64,000 nucleotides of DNA from Fibrobacteria bacterium (GTDB lineage Bacteria > Fibrobacterota > Chitinivibrionia > Chitinivibrionales > FEN-1185): positions 64,001 through 128,000 of the forward strand of contig JBBIGR010000003.1 of NCBI GenBank assembly GCA_037447435.1. Reading direction: 5' to 3'. The notes beneath the pieces were generated by a model, which did no database searches, was not told the DNA's origin, and worked only from the letters and a program-made list of their open reading frames with translations. This document shows, piece after piece, positions 44,748 to 55,593 of the stretch. Each line of letters opens with the position of its first letter. Position 1 is the stretch's first letter. The translations under genes and the position numbers were made by a program.

Positions 44748-46301
44748 ATGGGTAAAAAAGCAATTTTTGCTAAGGTCTTTTTTCTTTTCCTTATTATTGA
44801 CGTAGGCTCTATTGACGCAAATGTCAGTATTGCTTCTCCATTTTCCGACCATATGGTGTTGCAAAGAGGGATGGCCGTTCCGGTATGGGGAACAGCGGCA
44901 AACGGTGAGCAGGTAACGGTGACGTTTAGAGGTCAAAGCAAAACATTTACGGCCGGCTCGGATGGGAAATGGATGGTTCGCCTTGATCCCTCCATTGAGG
45001 GGGGGCCGTATAACCTGATCGTGCAGGGTACAAATACCGTTTCAATCTCGGATATATTGGTAGGAGAGGTCTGGGTTGGCGGCGGGCAGTCGAATATGGA
45101 AGCTGTTTTAAGTTTCTTTGCCGGTGCAAACCTTGATACGGTCAAAACCGCCAATTATCCTAACCTGCGGCTCATGAGCTTTGCAAAAACGAAACAGTGG
45201 CAAGCCTGCACGCCGTCGGTGGCACTTAATTTTTCCGCAACGGGATTCTATTTCGGGCGCGATTTGAATAAGGCCCTTAATGTTCCTGTCGGCATCATTA
45301 TAAATGCTATCGGCGGGACAGATCTTGAAAACTGGCTTGATCCGGCTTCGATAGCGGCCGATCCGCTGCTCACAAACGATACTTCGGCAGGCAATCTCTA
45401 TCGGCAATGGGTTGTTCCACTTGCACCCTTTGCCATTCGAGGCGTTATCTGGTGTCAAGGTGAGAACAATGCGACATTTTCTTATGCTGCACATCCTACA
45501 CACACGGCAACCTATTACGGTCCTCGGTTTAAATCGCTGATACCCGGGTGGCGCTCGATCTGGGGGCAAGGCGATTTTCCTTTTTATTTCGTACAACTTG
45601 CTAACGATTACGCCGTGCAAACCGCTCCGGGGGCAACAAGCGCTCTGGCGACAGTCCGCGAAGCTCAACGCCTCGGCCTTTCGGTGGTCAATACCGAGAT
45701 GGCGGTGACAATTGATATAGGAGACGCTAACAATGTTCACTATGTAGACAAATGGGACCTCGGACAACGATTGACCCTTCCCGCATTGGCTCATCTGTAC
45801 GGGCAAGGCAACCTTGTTTACTCCGGGCCGATGTATCAATCAATGGCAATAAAGGGATCCAACGCCAGTCTGGTTTTTCGTTTTGCCGCCGGCCTAACGG
45901 CAAAGGGCGGGCAGAAATTGTCGGGCTTTGAAATTGCCGGTTCAGACAACAAGTGGAGCTTTGCAAATGCGGTAATTCACGGCGATACGGTCGTGGTCAG
46001 CAATTCGGCGGTTCCAGCCCCGACACAGGTCCGATATGCATGGGCCGACAATCCAGTCTGTAATCTGGTAAACGGCGCCGGATTGCCGGCTTCTCCGTTT
46101 CAAACGACCGGAACTCAGCTGTCTGTATCAGTCGCATCCAACTCCACACAAGGTGCCAAGCATCCTCTTTCTCTTTCCGTGCCCGCAAACGGTCAAATAT
46201 TCGATGCGCTGGGGCGTATCAACAAACAAGTAAAACCGAATCCGGGGAAAATCGTTTTTGGTACAAGGGCCGGAGCGGTACGAGGGGTTTACTGTAAATG
46301 A
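44748..46301 (+). CDS. Secreted sialate O-acetylesterase-family (SGNH) carbohydrate esterase
   Basis: FSDHMVLQR..VPVWG; GEVWVGGGQSNM; IWCQGENN; PFYFVQL; VRYAWADNP; signal peptide from ATG 44748. Confidence 0.9.
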   Translation: MGKKAIFAKVFFLFLIIDVGSIDANVSIASPFSDHMVLQRGMAVPVWGTAANGEQVTVTFRGQSKTFTAGSDGKWMVRLDPSIEGGPYNLIVQGTNTVSISDILVGEVWVGGGQSNMEAVLSFFAGANLDTVKTANYPNLRLMSFAKTKQWQACTPSVALNFSATGFYFGRDLNKALNVPVGIIINAIGGTDLENWLDPASIAADPLLTNDTSAGNLYRQWVVPLAPFAIRGVIWCQGENNATFSYAAHPTHTATYYGPRFKSLIPGWRSIWGQGDFPFYFVQLANDYAVQTAPGATSALATVREAQRLGLSVVNTEMAVTIDIGDANNVHYVDKWDLGQRLTLPALAHLYGQGNLVYSGPMYQSMAIKGSNASLVFRFAAGLTAKGGQKLSGFEIAGSDNKWSFANAVIHGDTVVVSNSAVPAPTQVRYAWADNPVCNLVNGAGLPASPFQTTGTQLSVSVASNSTQGAKHPLSLSVPANGQIFDALGRINKQVKPNPGKIVFGTRAGAVRGVYCK

Positions 46302-46548
46302 TAATTAACTGAAAAGCCGATTCCGTTTTCATCGACATCGAAGCCGGTAACAATTAATTCTATATTTTTGATCTTATCTCCTACGCCCCTAAGAAATTCT
46401 TTGGGAACAATTACTATATGCGATGCTGTTGATTCCCGCATCGACGTTTGCAGATTGCGAAATTTGCTTTTCAACTCTGCAAGGTCTAATTTATTTATGA
46501 TATAACTTATTGCGGTATTATATTCAGCATAAAAACGGAGCAAATTTA

Positions 46549-47340
46549 ATGCAGAAAAAAGCACCTGTGTCCAAGAAAGCATATGACAATTACGAATTCA
46601 TCCATGGCCATTCAGCACGTCACATCAGAGTGCTATCGGAATTTATCCAACCGGAAGAGATCTTTCGGAAAAACGACATTCACAACACAATCGTATTCTT
46701 CGGGTCGGCGCGCGCAATACCTAAAAAGCAAGCAAAACGCCACATCTTGAATCCTGGAGAAAAACGAGACAAGTACATTCTCACCAGTGAGGCGTATGAA
46801 GACTGCATAGAACTGGCGCGACGCATTACGGACTGGTCGAATAAAATCAGGAACCCAAAGGATCGTTTTTATCTATGTAGCGGCGGCGGCCCAGGCATTA
46901 TGGAAGCGGCCAACAAAGGTGCGCACCTTGCCAAGGGCAAGTCAATCGGCCTCAATATCAGCTTACCATTCGAGCAGGAACCCAATCCTTACATCACGCC
47001 GGAATTGAATCTCGAATTCCATTATTTTTTCATCCGAAAATTCTGGTTTCTTTATTACGCCAAGGCTTTAGTAGCATTTCCGGGTGGATTCGGAACGTTT
47101 GATGAGGTCTTTGAAATTCTTACTTTGCTGCAAACCAAAAAGCTCAAGAAGCATATGCCTGTCGTACTTTATGGAAAATCTTTTTGGAATAGTATCTTTA
47201 ATTTCGAGGCGCTTCTCGAATATGGCGTAATTGCAAAGGAAGACCTGGCATTATTCAAGATATTCGACGATGTTGATTCTGCCTACGATTATATCATTTC
47301 CGAGCTTAAGCAAATGCCACCCAACTCGCTTTATTCCTAA
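46549..47340 (+). CDS. LOG-family (TIGR00730-like) nucleotide monophosphate phosphoribohydrolase
   Basis: VFFGSAR, SGGGPGIMEAANKGA, LPFEQEPN and PGGFGTFDE. Confidence 0.9.
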   Translation: MQKKAPVSKKAYDNYEFIHGHSARHIRVLSEFIQPEEIFRKNDIHNTIVFFGSARAIPKKQAKRHILNPGEKRDKYILTSEAYEDCIELARRITDWSNKIRNPKDRFYLCSGGGPGIMEAANKGAHLAKGKSIGLNISLPFEQEPNPYITPELNLEFHYFFIRKFWFLYYAKALVAFPGGFGTFDEVFEILTLLQTKKLKKHMPVVLYGKSFWNSIFNFEALLEYGVIAKEDLALFKIFDDVDSAYDYIISELKQMPPNSLYS

Positions 47341-47604
47341 CGGCAGCCCGAAGGTGTTATGGCCGAAAAGTCACAACAGTCAAGTAAATACGTAAACCGA
47401 TCTTTATCTCTTTTCCACGGTAGAATCGCTGTTATATCCGAAGCCCATCTTATATTGGTTTTAATCCGGGTATGCGGTTGACGGGGTTTGGATTCATTTG
47501 ACAAATCCGTGCCTGATGTCCAGCACATTTGAGACAAGAGCAAAGATCCACTCACGCTCAGCTTCTCTTTACATCTGTTTCGTGAGTGGATCCTAGTTAC
47601 ATGA

Positions 47605-48699
47605 TTAGCGCGCCGCAATGCCTTGAGCAAAAATCGATAACCCTCCGGCAACTGCGCCTAACTTTGTCAAGTTGCCGTGATGTTCGATTTTGAACTCATC
47701 CACAGAGCCTGCCCTTGGATCCAACGCATAAAGAAACATTCCATCTCGTGTAATGGAAATGTCAAGAGGAGTGCTTCCCGTTCCGGCAACGGGATTAAGC
47801 AGAACAAGTTTCCCTTTTCTTATACCATATGTGGAAATGGAGCTGGTTCCGGGATTTGCAGTGAAAAATTCTCCGCTTTCACTCCCGGTTATCCAACAAG
47901 CCGCTTTTTGCCCGTTGGCTACCGATCCGCTTATCACTTCCAGCCCGTTATTGGCAATGATTTTGTAGAGCGAAACCGCATTCGTGGTTGCTTCCACGAC
48001 CAACAAGTGGTCCCATTGATCAAAGAATAGTCCAAAAGGTGTGGCGCCATTGGATGTTGAAGTTACTGGATTAATACTCGGCAGACCAGTGTTCTCAACG
48101 GAGAATACTAGAATCTTACTGTCTGTTTTGTCCGTTACCACAAGCTTTCCCCCATCTGGAGAAAACCCTACCTGAGCAAACCCGCCGGATCCCAGGGATC
48201 GGGTGGAATAAGGCAAGACCGTCAACTTGCCGTTGCAGTCAATGTTGAATCCGGAAATATTTGGAGAGCCGACGGCATTGAGAACATAGACGAGATTTTG
48301 AAAAATGGTCACGCTTATGGGAAAGACGCCCCCCGAACCGACCTTGTCGGTCAGTTTCAGCCCATCATGTTTAACTCGGAAGACAGAGACATCATTGCTT
48401 CCTGCATTTACCGATAGGAGCCACCTATGGTTTTCGCTGAGCATAAGAGAACCCTGAGAGCCAAGCGGATCCAATGCAATTCCGGCCCCCATTCCACCGG
48501 TAGCAATTGAGCCGGCTTTATTAAGCATGCCTCCGTCATCCCGGTCAAAAATGACCACGGAATTTCCAGCAGCGGAATTAGTCGTCGCATACACCGCCCC
48601 AGCTTTTTCGTTGTCTTGCGGTTCTTCGGCAAAGATTTGTACCGACAAAATCATTAACGTTGCAATACTTAAAACTGCACCAAACATTTTCTTACTCAT
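47605..48699 (-). CDS. Secreted beta-propeller lactonase-family protein
   Basis: Signal peptide from ATG 48699 (AGGAG RBS); VNAGSNDVSVF, SGGVFPISV and FSPDG repeats. Confidence 0.85.
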   Translation of the reverse strand: MSKKMFGAVLSIATLMILSVQIFAEEPQDNEKAGAVYATTNSAAGNSVVIFDRDDGGMLNKAGSIATGGMGAGIALDPLGSQGSLMLSENHRWLLSVNAGSNDVSVFRVKHDGLKLTDKVGSGGVFPISVTIFQNLVYVLNAVGSPNISGFNIDCNGKLTVLPYSTRSLGSGGFAQVGFSPDGGKLVVTDKTDSKILVFSVENTGLPSINPVTSTSNGATPFGLFFDQWDHLLVVEATTNAVSLYKIIANNGLEVISGSVANGQKAACWITGSESGEFFTANPGTSSISTYGIRKGKLVLLNPVAGTGSTPLDISITRDGMFLYALDPRAGSVDEFKIEHHGNLTKLGAVAGGLSIFAQGIAAR

Positions 48700-49384
48700 G
48701 GCGTTCTCCTTGTCAAAAAGGTTAAAACCAACTTGAAGCTTTATAACATGATCAGTAAACCATACCATACAGGATTTTGTCTCGTTCATTTCTTGCCATC
48801 AGTATCCCTCCTTTCATTACGCCAATTGCTTATACAGAACGATTGGAAAAGGTTACCGGATAGATTTCAACACCTTACTTCTTTTGCGGCTTTCAGTAAA
48901 TCATCCGGGTTGACACGGATAGTTATGCCGGGAATGCAATAGACAAAATGAATGACTCCCCGGCATTTACAGATAGGACCAAGAACCTAACGAAGCTGGT
49001 TATGAATTTATTGGGCATTTGTCACCGTAGTATCTATGGACGGGTATCCACCATTGACGAATGCATGTTATGCGGAGTACCCATCTGGGACGTTACTCAA
49101 TTCCTTAGATACCGTCAAGATTGCCGGTCTCACGACATCGCGTACTTACAAAAGAATTCTTCCACTTTCAGGAAGTTAGATAGTAAAAAAAAGCAAATTG
49201 TATGCCATGCCTTGGTTCTGCATTTTTTAGTTCAGGAAGCGTCTCTAGAGGAGATTTGTTGGGATTTTTAGCCAATTTTGGAATTCGGCCAGTGAGTTTT
49301 TTGTCGAAACTGAGAGCGCAGATCGACACGATAAAGGCAAGGGCTGCGGACTCAATACATCATGACCAAATGGATGACCAAAAC

Positions 49385-49419
49385 AAAAAAGGCAAGTAAA
49401 GTTTTGCTTTACTTGCCTT
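49385..49419 (-). terminator. Terminator downstream of tRNA-fMet
   Basis: Minus strand AAGGCAAGTAAAG-loop-CTTTACTTGCCTTTTTT. Confidence 0.75.
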
Positions 49420-49447
49420 GTAAGTGCCTGATTTATCAGGCTTTTAT

Positions 49448-49524
<77 letters not shown>

Positions 49525-49763
49525 ATCATTCGAATTTTACTGGGTTAAATATAATACCGGTGAAATAGTATCGCAAGGAAAATTATCTTATTTTCAGGTT
49601 TTGTTTACATACCATAGTAATAACGGGGTGTAGATGGGTTTTGCGGAAAGCGCCGGATACGAGAAAAAAATCGAGACAATGAAAAGGATTTATATTAGTA
49701 TTATTACTACGGCGTCACCAATTGAAATCTATAAAAAATTAAAGACTTTTCTAGGAGGTATTC

Positions 49764-50789
49764 ATGCCAGTAGCTCCTGATTCGTACTTTACTAAAGAGC
49801 ATATTCAAGCGCATAAATTCGATGCCCCAGTGTCGCTGGCGGAACAGGCCATCCATTGTCTGGAACTGGTGGCCGAACTTTCGTGGGCGTATTTTCCGTT
49901 TCAATTCAAGGGCGGCAATTCATTATTATTGATTTTACAAGACCCGAAACGGTTTTCGATCGACGTAGATATCGCGACCGACGAAAGTCCCGAAGAAATC
50001 GAGCGGGTTCTCGATAAAATCGTCTTGGAATGCGGCGTATTCGGCAAATGGACAAAACGGCAACACAAAACGAAACCTTTCATACCGTTGGCGAGTTACT
50101 ATCTGTTTTACAAATCAAAGTTTACGGGTTCCGACGACGCTTTCATTATGCTCGATTGTCAGCTTACCAAAAGTCCGTACAAAACGCAAAACATTCCCAT
50201 TGTTTGCGGTACCATCTATAAAACCATAGTCAAGACCGATGTCCCGACGCCGTCGAGCCTTATCGGAGACAAATTGCTTACCCTAGGGCCAACCACGCTC
50301 GGCATTCCGCTTGGTAAAGGTAAAGAGGCTCAACGCATCAAACATATTTTCGATATTGCCCGACTGTGCGAAACATTGCCATCGATATCCGATGTCAGGG
50401 AAAGTTTGACCGCGTGCATCATTCATGAAAACACCTTGCAGAAAAAAGAAATAGACGCTAAAGACATACTTGCGGATACATTACTCTTTTGTAAATCTGT
50501 CATAATGAATTCCGGAACAGCCTCTGCGGATAATGATCAAATGTCGGCGCTCAATGAAACAATCAAAGGGCTTCCGCAATTTGCCGATCATTTGTTTTCC
50601 AAGAATTATGTTTGGAGCGACTTGCAACGCGATATCGGCAGGGTAGGACTGTGCCTTACCGCGGCATGCAATATAACCGTATCCGACGGTACGTTTGTGA
50701 AAACGTATAAAGCGGGAAATGACGATCCGTTGAAATATTGGAACAGTACGGTCGCTTGGTTAAAGGCTGATCCCAATGAACACAAATGA
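49764..50789 (+). CDS. AbiEii/AbiGii-family nucleotidyltransferase
   Basis: FQFKGGNSL...RFSIDVDI; GDKL; KHIFDI; AGGAGG RBS. Confidence 0.78.
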   Translation: MPVAPDSYFTKEHIQAHKFDAPVSLAEQAIHCLELVAELSWAYFPFQFKGGNSLLLILQDPKRFSIDVDIATDESPEEIERVLDKIVLECGVFGKWTKRQHKTKPFIPLASYYLFYKSKFTGSDDAFIMLDCQLTKSPYKTQNIPIVCGTIYKTIVKTDVPTPSSLIGDKLLTLGPTTLGIPLGKGKEAQRIKHIFDIARLCETLPSISDVRESLTACIIHENTLQKKEIDAKDILADTLLFCKSVIMNSGTASADNDQMSALNETIKGLPQFADHLFSKNYVWSDLQRDIGRVGLCLTAACNITVSDGTFVKTYKAGNDDPLKYWNSTVAWLKADPNEHK

Positions 50790-50935
50790 CAACGAAACCG
50801 TGAATGAGGCATCGTTCAAAGTACGGGAGAAAATCGGCGAGGCTCTTTTATCGTACGAAGATGTTGTTGTTTTGACATGTGCGGAAATCGCAAAAACGTT
50901 CAGCCGGGATGAGAAAGGATACGCATAAAATCGCC

Positions 50936-52444
50936 ATGGATCAAGGTATTACATTGCAAATCCTCGTGATGTTGCCCAATAATCTTGGCGATGTGATCAT
51001 GGCAACTCCGGTTATCGAGGGGGTGGCCAAAAAACATCCGGGTTCGGAAATTACTTATTTTTGCGAAAGCGGATTTGAGGCCGGTATGATGAATAATCCG
51101 TTTTGCAAAGAAATATACTCATTTCCCCGCAAATCCGTCCGTAATGCAATTCTGGAAAATTTTGCAAATGGAAAAAATATTTTCAAACGGGCTATTGCGG
51201 ATATTTCCGCAAGACAATGGGATGTGATCATAAATTTGTCCCAACATCCTTATATGGCAATGGTGGCATCGTTGCTAAAAAGCAAATCCATTGTCGGACA
51301 GAAATTCCTTTTTGAGGGGAATTTGGGCGTTTTTGACGAATGGACCAGGTATTTGTTCGCTATTCCGTTTTCCCGGCATTGCAATAATCTGCATGCGGTC
51401 GATGTTTACAGGAGAATAGCGGGCGTTAAAACCCATCGCGGGGGATATTCCGTCGCTATTGCTAAATCGGAAAAGGATTGGGCGCGAAACATGTTTGATG
51501 AAATCGGTTTTGCTTCCCACGACAAAATTATGGTTTTTCAACCCGGAGCCGCATTTCCGTCGAAACGATGGCCGTATGAATATTTCGTTGCGCTTGGGAC
51601 AATGCTTGCCCGAGACGATTGGAAAATTCTTGTTTGCGGTGCCGCAATCGAAATGGACATTGCAGAAAAAATATCCGCTCAAATCGGTTCCCGATCCTAT
51701 TGCGTTGCGGGAAAAACAACGTTTCGCCAGTCTATGGCCTTGGCTTCGCTTTGCAACGGATGCGTGACGGGCGATACTGCGCAAATGCATGCATGTGCGG
51801 GAATGGATGTTCCCACGTACGCATTGTTTGGGCCCACAAACCCGGTGGAAACAGGGCCCTATGGAAACGGCAATTTTGTGTTTTCGGGACGATGCGGCTC
51901 AATGCCGTGTTTTAAAACCGAGTGCGGGTCAACGGAATGCATGAAATCCATATTGCCCGAAGACGTTTACGCATGTATAAAAGCCAACGCTTGTGCCTTG
52001 TCGTGTTCCTGTAATGTTTATAAGACCTCATTGTCTCCGAATGGCGATTACAGTTGCGTTCCTCAGAGAGCTTCGATGCACAGGTATTTCCATGAAGGCG
52101 CCGTATGCGTAATTAGAAATATTTTCGACGACCGATGGAATTGTGTGCCGGATTCCACGGACTTTGCCCACAATGTTGCAGAAATGGGAAAATGGCTCGA
52201 AATCGTGTCCGATATGTGCAATGCCCTTATAAAATTCGACAAAACGAAAGACCCGAAATTCGTCACCATGTTTGAAGTGATGAAAAACTCATTGGCCGGA
52301 CTGACATCCGTAGGAGCGTTTTGTACCGCGGTCCTCAATCTTCGATTAAATAGCGTTCCAATGTTAACTCCGCTTGAAGCCGTACGCTTAAGTCTCGAAG
52401 AATGCTGGTCCATGCATAAACTCGTTGGCAAAGCCATAGTATAA
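50936..52444 (+). CDS. Glycosyltransferase family 9 (heptosyltransferase-like) with C-terminal extension
   Basis: LGDVIMATP, QPGAAFPSKRWP, GDTAQMH and LFGPTNP. Start uncertain (50879-50954). Confidence 0.87.
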   Translation: MDQGITLQILVMLPNNLGDVIMATPVIEGVAKKHPGSEITYFCESGFEAGMMNNPFCKEIYSFPRKSVRNAILENFANGKNIFKRAIADISARQWDVIINLSQHPYMAMVASLLKSKSIVGQKFLFEGNLGVFDEWTRYLFAIPFSRHCNNLHAVDVYRRIAGVKTHRGGYSVAIAKSEKDWARNMFDEIGFASHDKIMVFQPGAAFPSKRWPYEYFVALGTMLARDDWKILVCGAAIEMDIAEKISAQIGSRSYCVAGKTTFRQSMALASLCNGCVTGDTAQMHACAGMDVPTYALFGPTNPVETGPYGNGNFVFSGRCGSMPCFKTECGSTECMKSILPEDVYACIKANACALSCSCNVYKTSLSPNGDYSCVPQRASMHRYFHEGAVCVIRNIFDDRWNCVPDSTDFAHNVAEMGKWLEIVSDMCNALIKFDKTKDPKFVTMFEVMKNSLAGLTSVGAFCTAVLNLRLNSVPMLTPLEAVRLSLEECWSMHKLVGKAIV

Positions 52445-52450
52445 CAGATA

Positions 52451-53098
52451 ATGAATAACCCTATTGCTTATCAATGTCCGTTATGCGGAGAAGCCAAGAT
52501 TGCCATAGAAGGTCAAAGGTATGCACTCGCTTTGGAATTTGCAGAGTGCCCCTCATGCGGGCTCGTATTTATTCCGCAGCGGTTTCACCTTTCCCCAGCG
52601 GAAGAAATGAAGCGATATGCCCTGCACGAAAATACGGCCGACAATCCATCGTATATCGAATATCTCACGAACATCGCTGACGATGCACTACGCTTTAGCA
52701 ATGGTGCTAAGTCAGCACTTGATTTTGGAAGCGGAGAAAACCAGGTGTTGACTGAAATACTTGCGGGTAAGGGTATCGCTTGCGAGGCTCATGACCCTGC
52801 GTATGGTTTTTCGGTAGCGCATGGGCAATTCGATATTGTTTTTGCCGTTGAAGTCCTTGAACATTTCCGTAACCCTGCACAGGAAATCGCTCTGATTTCC
52901 CGTTTGGTAAAACCGTCCGGTACGGTATACGTCCGGACCAGGTTTTGCGATGGGATAACGGATTTCTCTTCCTGGTGGTATGCCAAGGATCGGACCCATA
53001 TCCGTTTTTACGCGATAAAGACAATGCGCAGGATCGCGGCTATACTGGGCAAAAATCTGGTCTGGACAAACAATAAGGATGTCGCCGTTTTTACATGA
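52451..53098 (+). CDS. Class I SAM-dependent methyltransferase with N-terminal zinc ribbon
   Basis: CPLC...CPSC; LDFGSG; EVLEHF; WWYAKDRTHI. Confidence 0.87.
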   Translation: MNNPIAYQCPLCGEAKIAIEGQRYALALEFAECPSCGLVFIPQRFHLSPAEEMKRYALHENTADNPSYIEYLTNIADDALRFSNGAKSALDFGSGENQVLTEILAGKGIACEAHDPAYGFSVAHGQFDIVFAVEVLEHFRNPAQEIALISRLVKPSGTVYVRTRFCDGITDFSSWWYAKDRTHIRFYAIKTMRRIAAILGKNLVWTNNKDVAVFT

Positions 53099-54962
53099 CC
53101 GATTTGCATCGCGCAATGTCTTCGAGGCTTAAGGTTCTAAATATCCCGTTGGGCTGACGGGAAAGATACATTTTGAAATCCGCGGCAGCATCTTCCGGTT
53201 TGCCAAGTTTCAGCAATGTTTCTCCGCGCTTAAAATACGAAACGTCGTAAAACTTGCTCCTTGGATACAAAGTAATGATTTTTGTAAACAAGTCGACCGC
53301 TTTTTTACTGTCGCCGAGGTCCTGTGCCGTTATGCAGGCAAGATTGTACAACGATTTGTCGATGTCCGGGTCCTTGGGGAAAAGTGCAATATGCTTCCGA
53401 TATGTTTCGGCCGCGTTTTTGAACTTGTTATTGAAATATTGCACTTCGGCAAGCTTGCTGTAAGCGTTTTGTGCCCATAACGCATCAGGTTCCAGAATTA
53501 AAAATTCAACGAGTGCCATTTCCGCTCCTTCATAGTCGCCAAGGCAATTGGCGCGTATGTTGGAAAGTTCCCATAAAATTTGCGCTTTGCTTAGGGGTGA
53601 GTCTGTACTGGTAAGCCGGTTTTCGAGTTGCTCTTCGGCTTTGGCAAAGTCGCCGATTTTTTTATAGCATTCATTCACGCTTTGCATAATGCACATGCGA
53701 AGCCGAATGTCTATGATGCCGCTGTTGGAAAGCGAATCGAGTATGGAAAGAGCATGCTGGTATTCTCCAACGGAAATATTGACAAGCGCTTCGACATATT
53801 CGGGAATGAGTCTCAGCTCGTCCTCGCATTTTCGCGCTTTTAGAACAAGGTGCTTTACTGGATGTACCGGTTGCATTGCGGCATTTTGCGACAAGACCGC
53901 GTTCAATGAAATAAATCGATCGCCGGATACGACGAGCGGTTTTTCGAACGGAGCAAAACCGGGGTTGAAAATGACAACCGAGTATGTTCCGGGTTCTTTT
54001 TTAACGAAAAGCGGCGTGGTACCCACCATGGAGTTGTTTATCATGACTTTTGCACCCTGCGGTTCCGACGATATATCGACAACAGAGAATTGGCCCGTTG
54101 TTGCATTGGTGTCGTCGGTCAACATACTGATAACGGAAATATCTTTTAGAGGCATCGCATTTTCACTGATGTGTTGGATGGGTGTCGAACCGTTTTTGTC
54201 GACAAACTTTTTCTCACCTGTGGAAACCAGGAACGGTTCTGCTTTAAACCCGTTGGGCTGCATTGCGACTTTACCGTGAAAAACCGATAATACCGTATTG
54301 TCGGCCGCAGAGGCGTCGACACGAAAAACCGTACCGATGATATTTACAGTTGCGCATGTCGTGCGTATTTCGAATTTCTGCCGGGCGGAACGCTTTGTCA
54401 CATTTGCCAAAATCGAACCGGTGACGAGATTGCACAATTGGCAAAGCGGGGTAGAGGAAGAAATAAAAAAACGGGAATTTTCGTAAATTTTAACGATGCT
54501 GCCTTTGTCGAGGCATAGAATAGCGCTGGAATTCCCTTGTGTCGCTATGACCGTTCCCGTTTTTGCGATTTTACCCGAATAGTTCGGTACTCGGGGAGAT
54601 AGCGTGTCCCAATTTCCTTTGCCCGCCCATAAAACCGCGACCTTTCCTTGTACGCTTGCCAAAGATGCTATCGATTGGTTTGATTTTGAATTATTGTTTG
54701 CAAAAAAAATACCGAATCCGACCAAGGAAAGAACGAGCGCTGCCGCCAGGGAGCCCAGTAGAGCAAACCGCGGTTGAAATAAGGGGTTCTTGGTCAAAGA
54801 ATGTTTCTTTGATTGCGCTTTTTCATTGTCGAGAGTCAAAAACAAATCGTTTTCCAACCGCTGCCAATCGTGTTCCTGTTTTGCCGGTGCGGAAATTGTG
54901 GAAAGCAATGCGCGCAATTTTTTGCATTGTGGAGAATTTTCTTGCTTTGTAAATAAATCCAT
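53091..54962 (-). CDS. Putative anti-sigma factor: TM + FecR + PEGA + TPR
   Basis: Single TM segment; FecR-like FEIRT...IIGTVFRV...VFHGKV; PEGA ISSEPQGAKVMIN...GTTP; C-terminal TPR helices. Confidence 0.8.
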   Translation of the reverse strand: MDLFTKQENSPQCKKLRALLSTISAPAKQEHDWQRLENDLFLTLDNEKAQSKKHSLTKNPLFQPRFALLGSLAAALVLSLVGFGIFFANNNSKSNQSIASLASVQGKVAVLWAGKGNWDTLSPRVPNYSGKIAKTGTVIATQGNSSAILCLDKGSIVKIYENSRFFISSSTPLCQLCNLVTGSILANVTKRSARQKFEIRTTCATVNIIGTVFRVDASAADNTVLSVFHGKVAMQPNGFKAEPFLVSTGEKKFVDKNGSTPIQHISENAMPLKDISVISMLTDDTNATTGQFSVVDISSEPQGAKVMINNSMVGTTPLFVKKEPGTYSVVIFNPGFAPFEKPLVVSGDRFISLNAVLSQNAAMQPVHPVKHLVLKARKCEDELRLIPEYVEALVNISVGEYQHALSILDSLSNSGIIDIRLRMCIMQSVNECYKKIGDFAKAEEQLENRLTSTDSPLSKAQILWELSNIRANCLGDYEGAEMALVEFLILEPDALWAQNAYSKLAEVQYFNNKFKNAAETYRKHIALFPKDPDIDKSLYNLACITAQDLGDSKKAVDLFTKIITLYPRSKFYDVSYFKRGETLLKLGKPEDAAADFKMYLSRQPNGIFRTLSLEDIARCKSVM

Positions 54963-54965
54963 GGA

Positions 54966-55529
54966 CTATTGCTCCATATAATTTTTCAAATGTTTCTCCA
55001 AAATTTTCCTGCCGTGGAACAATCGCGACTTCACCGTACCAAGGGGAATATCGGCTATCGCGGCGATTTCTTCCAGGGATTTTCCATCCATTTCGTACAT
55101 CACGACCATCATTCTTTTCTCGGCATCCAATTTTTCGAGCGCCAGGTAAATGGCCTTTGCCAACTCTTTTTTTTCAATCTGCGCGCTTGGATTGTTTGCA
55201 TATACGTCCGCATGAATTTCGGTATGGTCGGTATCGAACACCAGCTGTATCTGACGTTTTCGGTATTTTTTCCGAAGTTGCGTTGTGCAGACTTTCACGC
55301 AAATTCTGTACACCCAGGTATCGAGAGACGCTTCTCCTTTGAAATTTTGCAAACTTTTAAATAGCTCAATAAACACTTGCTGAATAACATCATCGGTATC
55401 AAATTTAGGTCCTAGAGACTTATAAACAAGATTATGCACCTTATCTTTATAAAAATTAAAGAGTTGGCGCTGAGCCCGTCTATCGTTTTGTAAGCAAAGC
55501 GTAAGTAGGTCGCACATCGGATCAGGCAT
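54966..55529 (-). CDS. ECF RNA polymerase sigma-70 factor
   Basis: DDVIQQVF...FKGEASLDTWVYRI; SLEEIA...GTVKSRLFHGR. Confidence 0.93.
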   Translation of the reverse strand: MPDPMCDLLTLCLQNDRRAQRQLFNFYKDKVHNLVYKSLGPKFDTDDVIQQVFIELFKSLQNFKGEASLDTWVYRICVKVCTTQLRKKYRKRQIQLVFDTDHTEIHADVYANNPSAQIEKKELAKAIYLALEKLDAEKRMMVVMYEMDGKSLEEIAAIADIPLGTVKSRLFHGRKILEKHLKNYMEQ

Positions 55530-55593
55530 CGGGCCCTCGTTTATAGTCTTTATTCAATGATATAGTCGTTCACTGTGTTCACGGGTTCAATAT

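Noticed and set aside
46289..46582. 97-aa minus-strand ORF between the esterase and LOG genes
   Set aside because: Overlaps both neighbours, has no family match I can recognise and a weak start; possibly a remnant.
47334..47363. attC-like CCTAAC...GTTATGG after the LOG gene
   Set aside because: About 28 bp, too short for attC; no integron integrase or further sites.
48948..49399. ORFs 48948-49271 and 49202-49399
   Set aside because: No recognisable motifs or RBS; treated as non-coding or decayed sequence.
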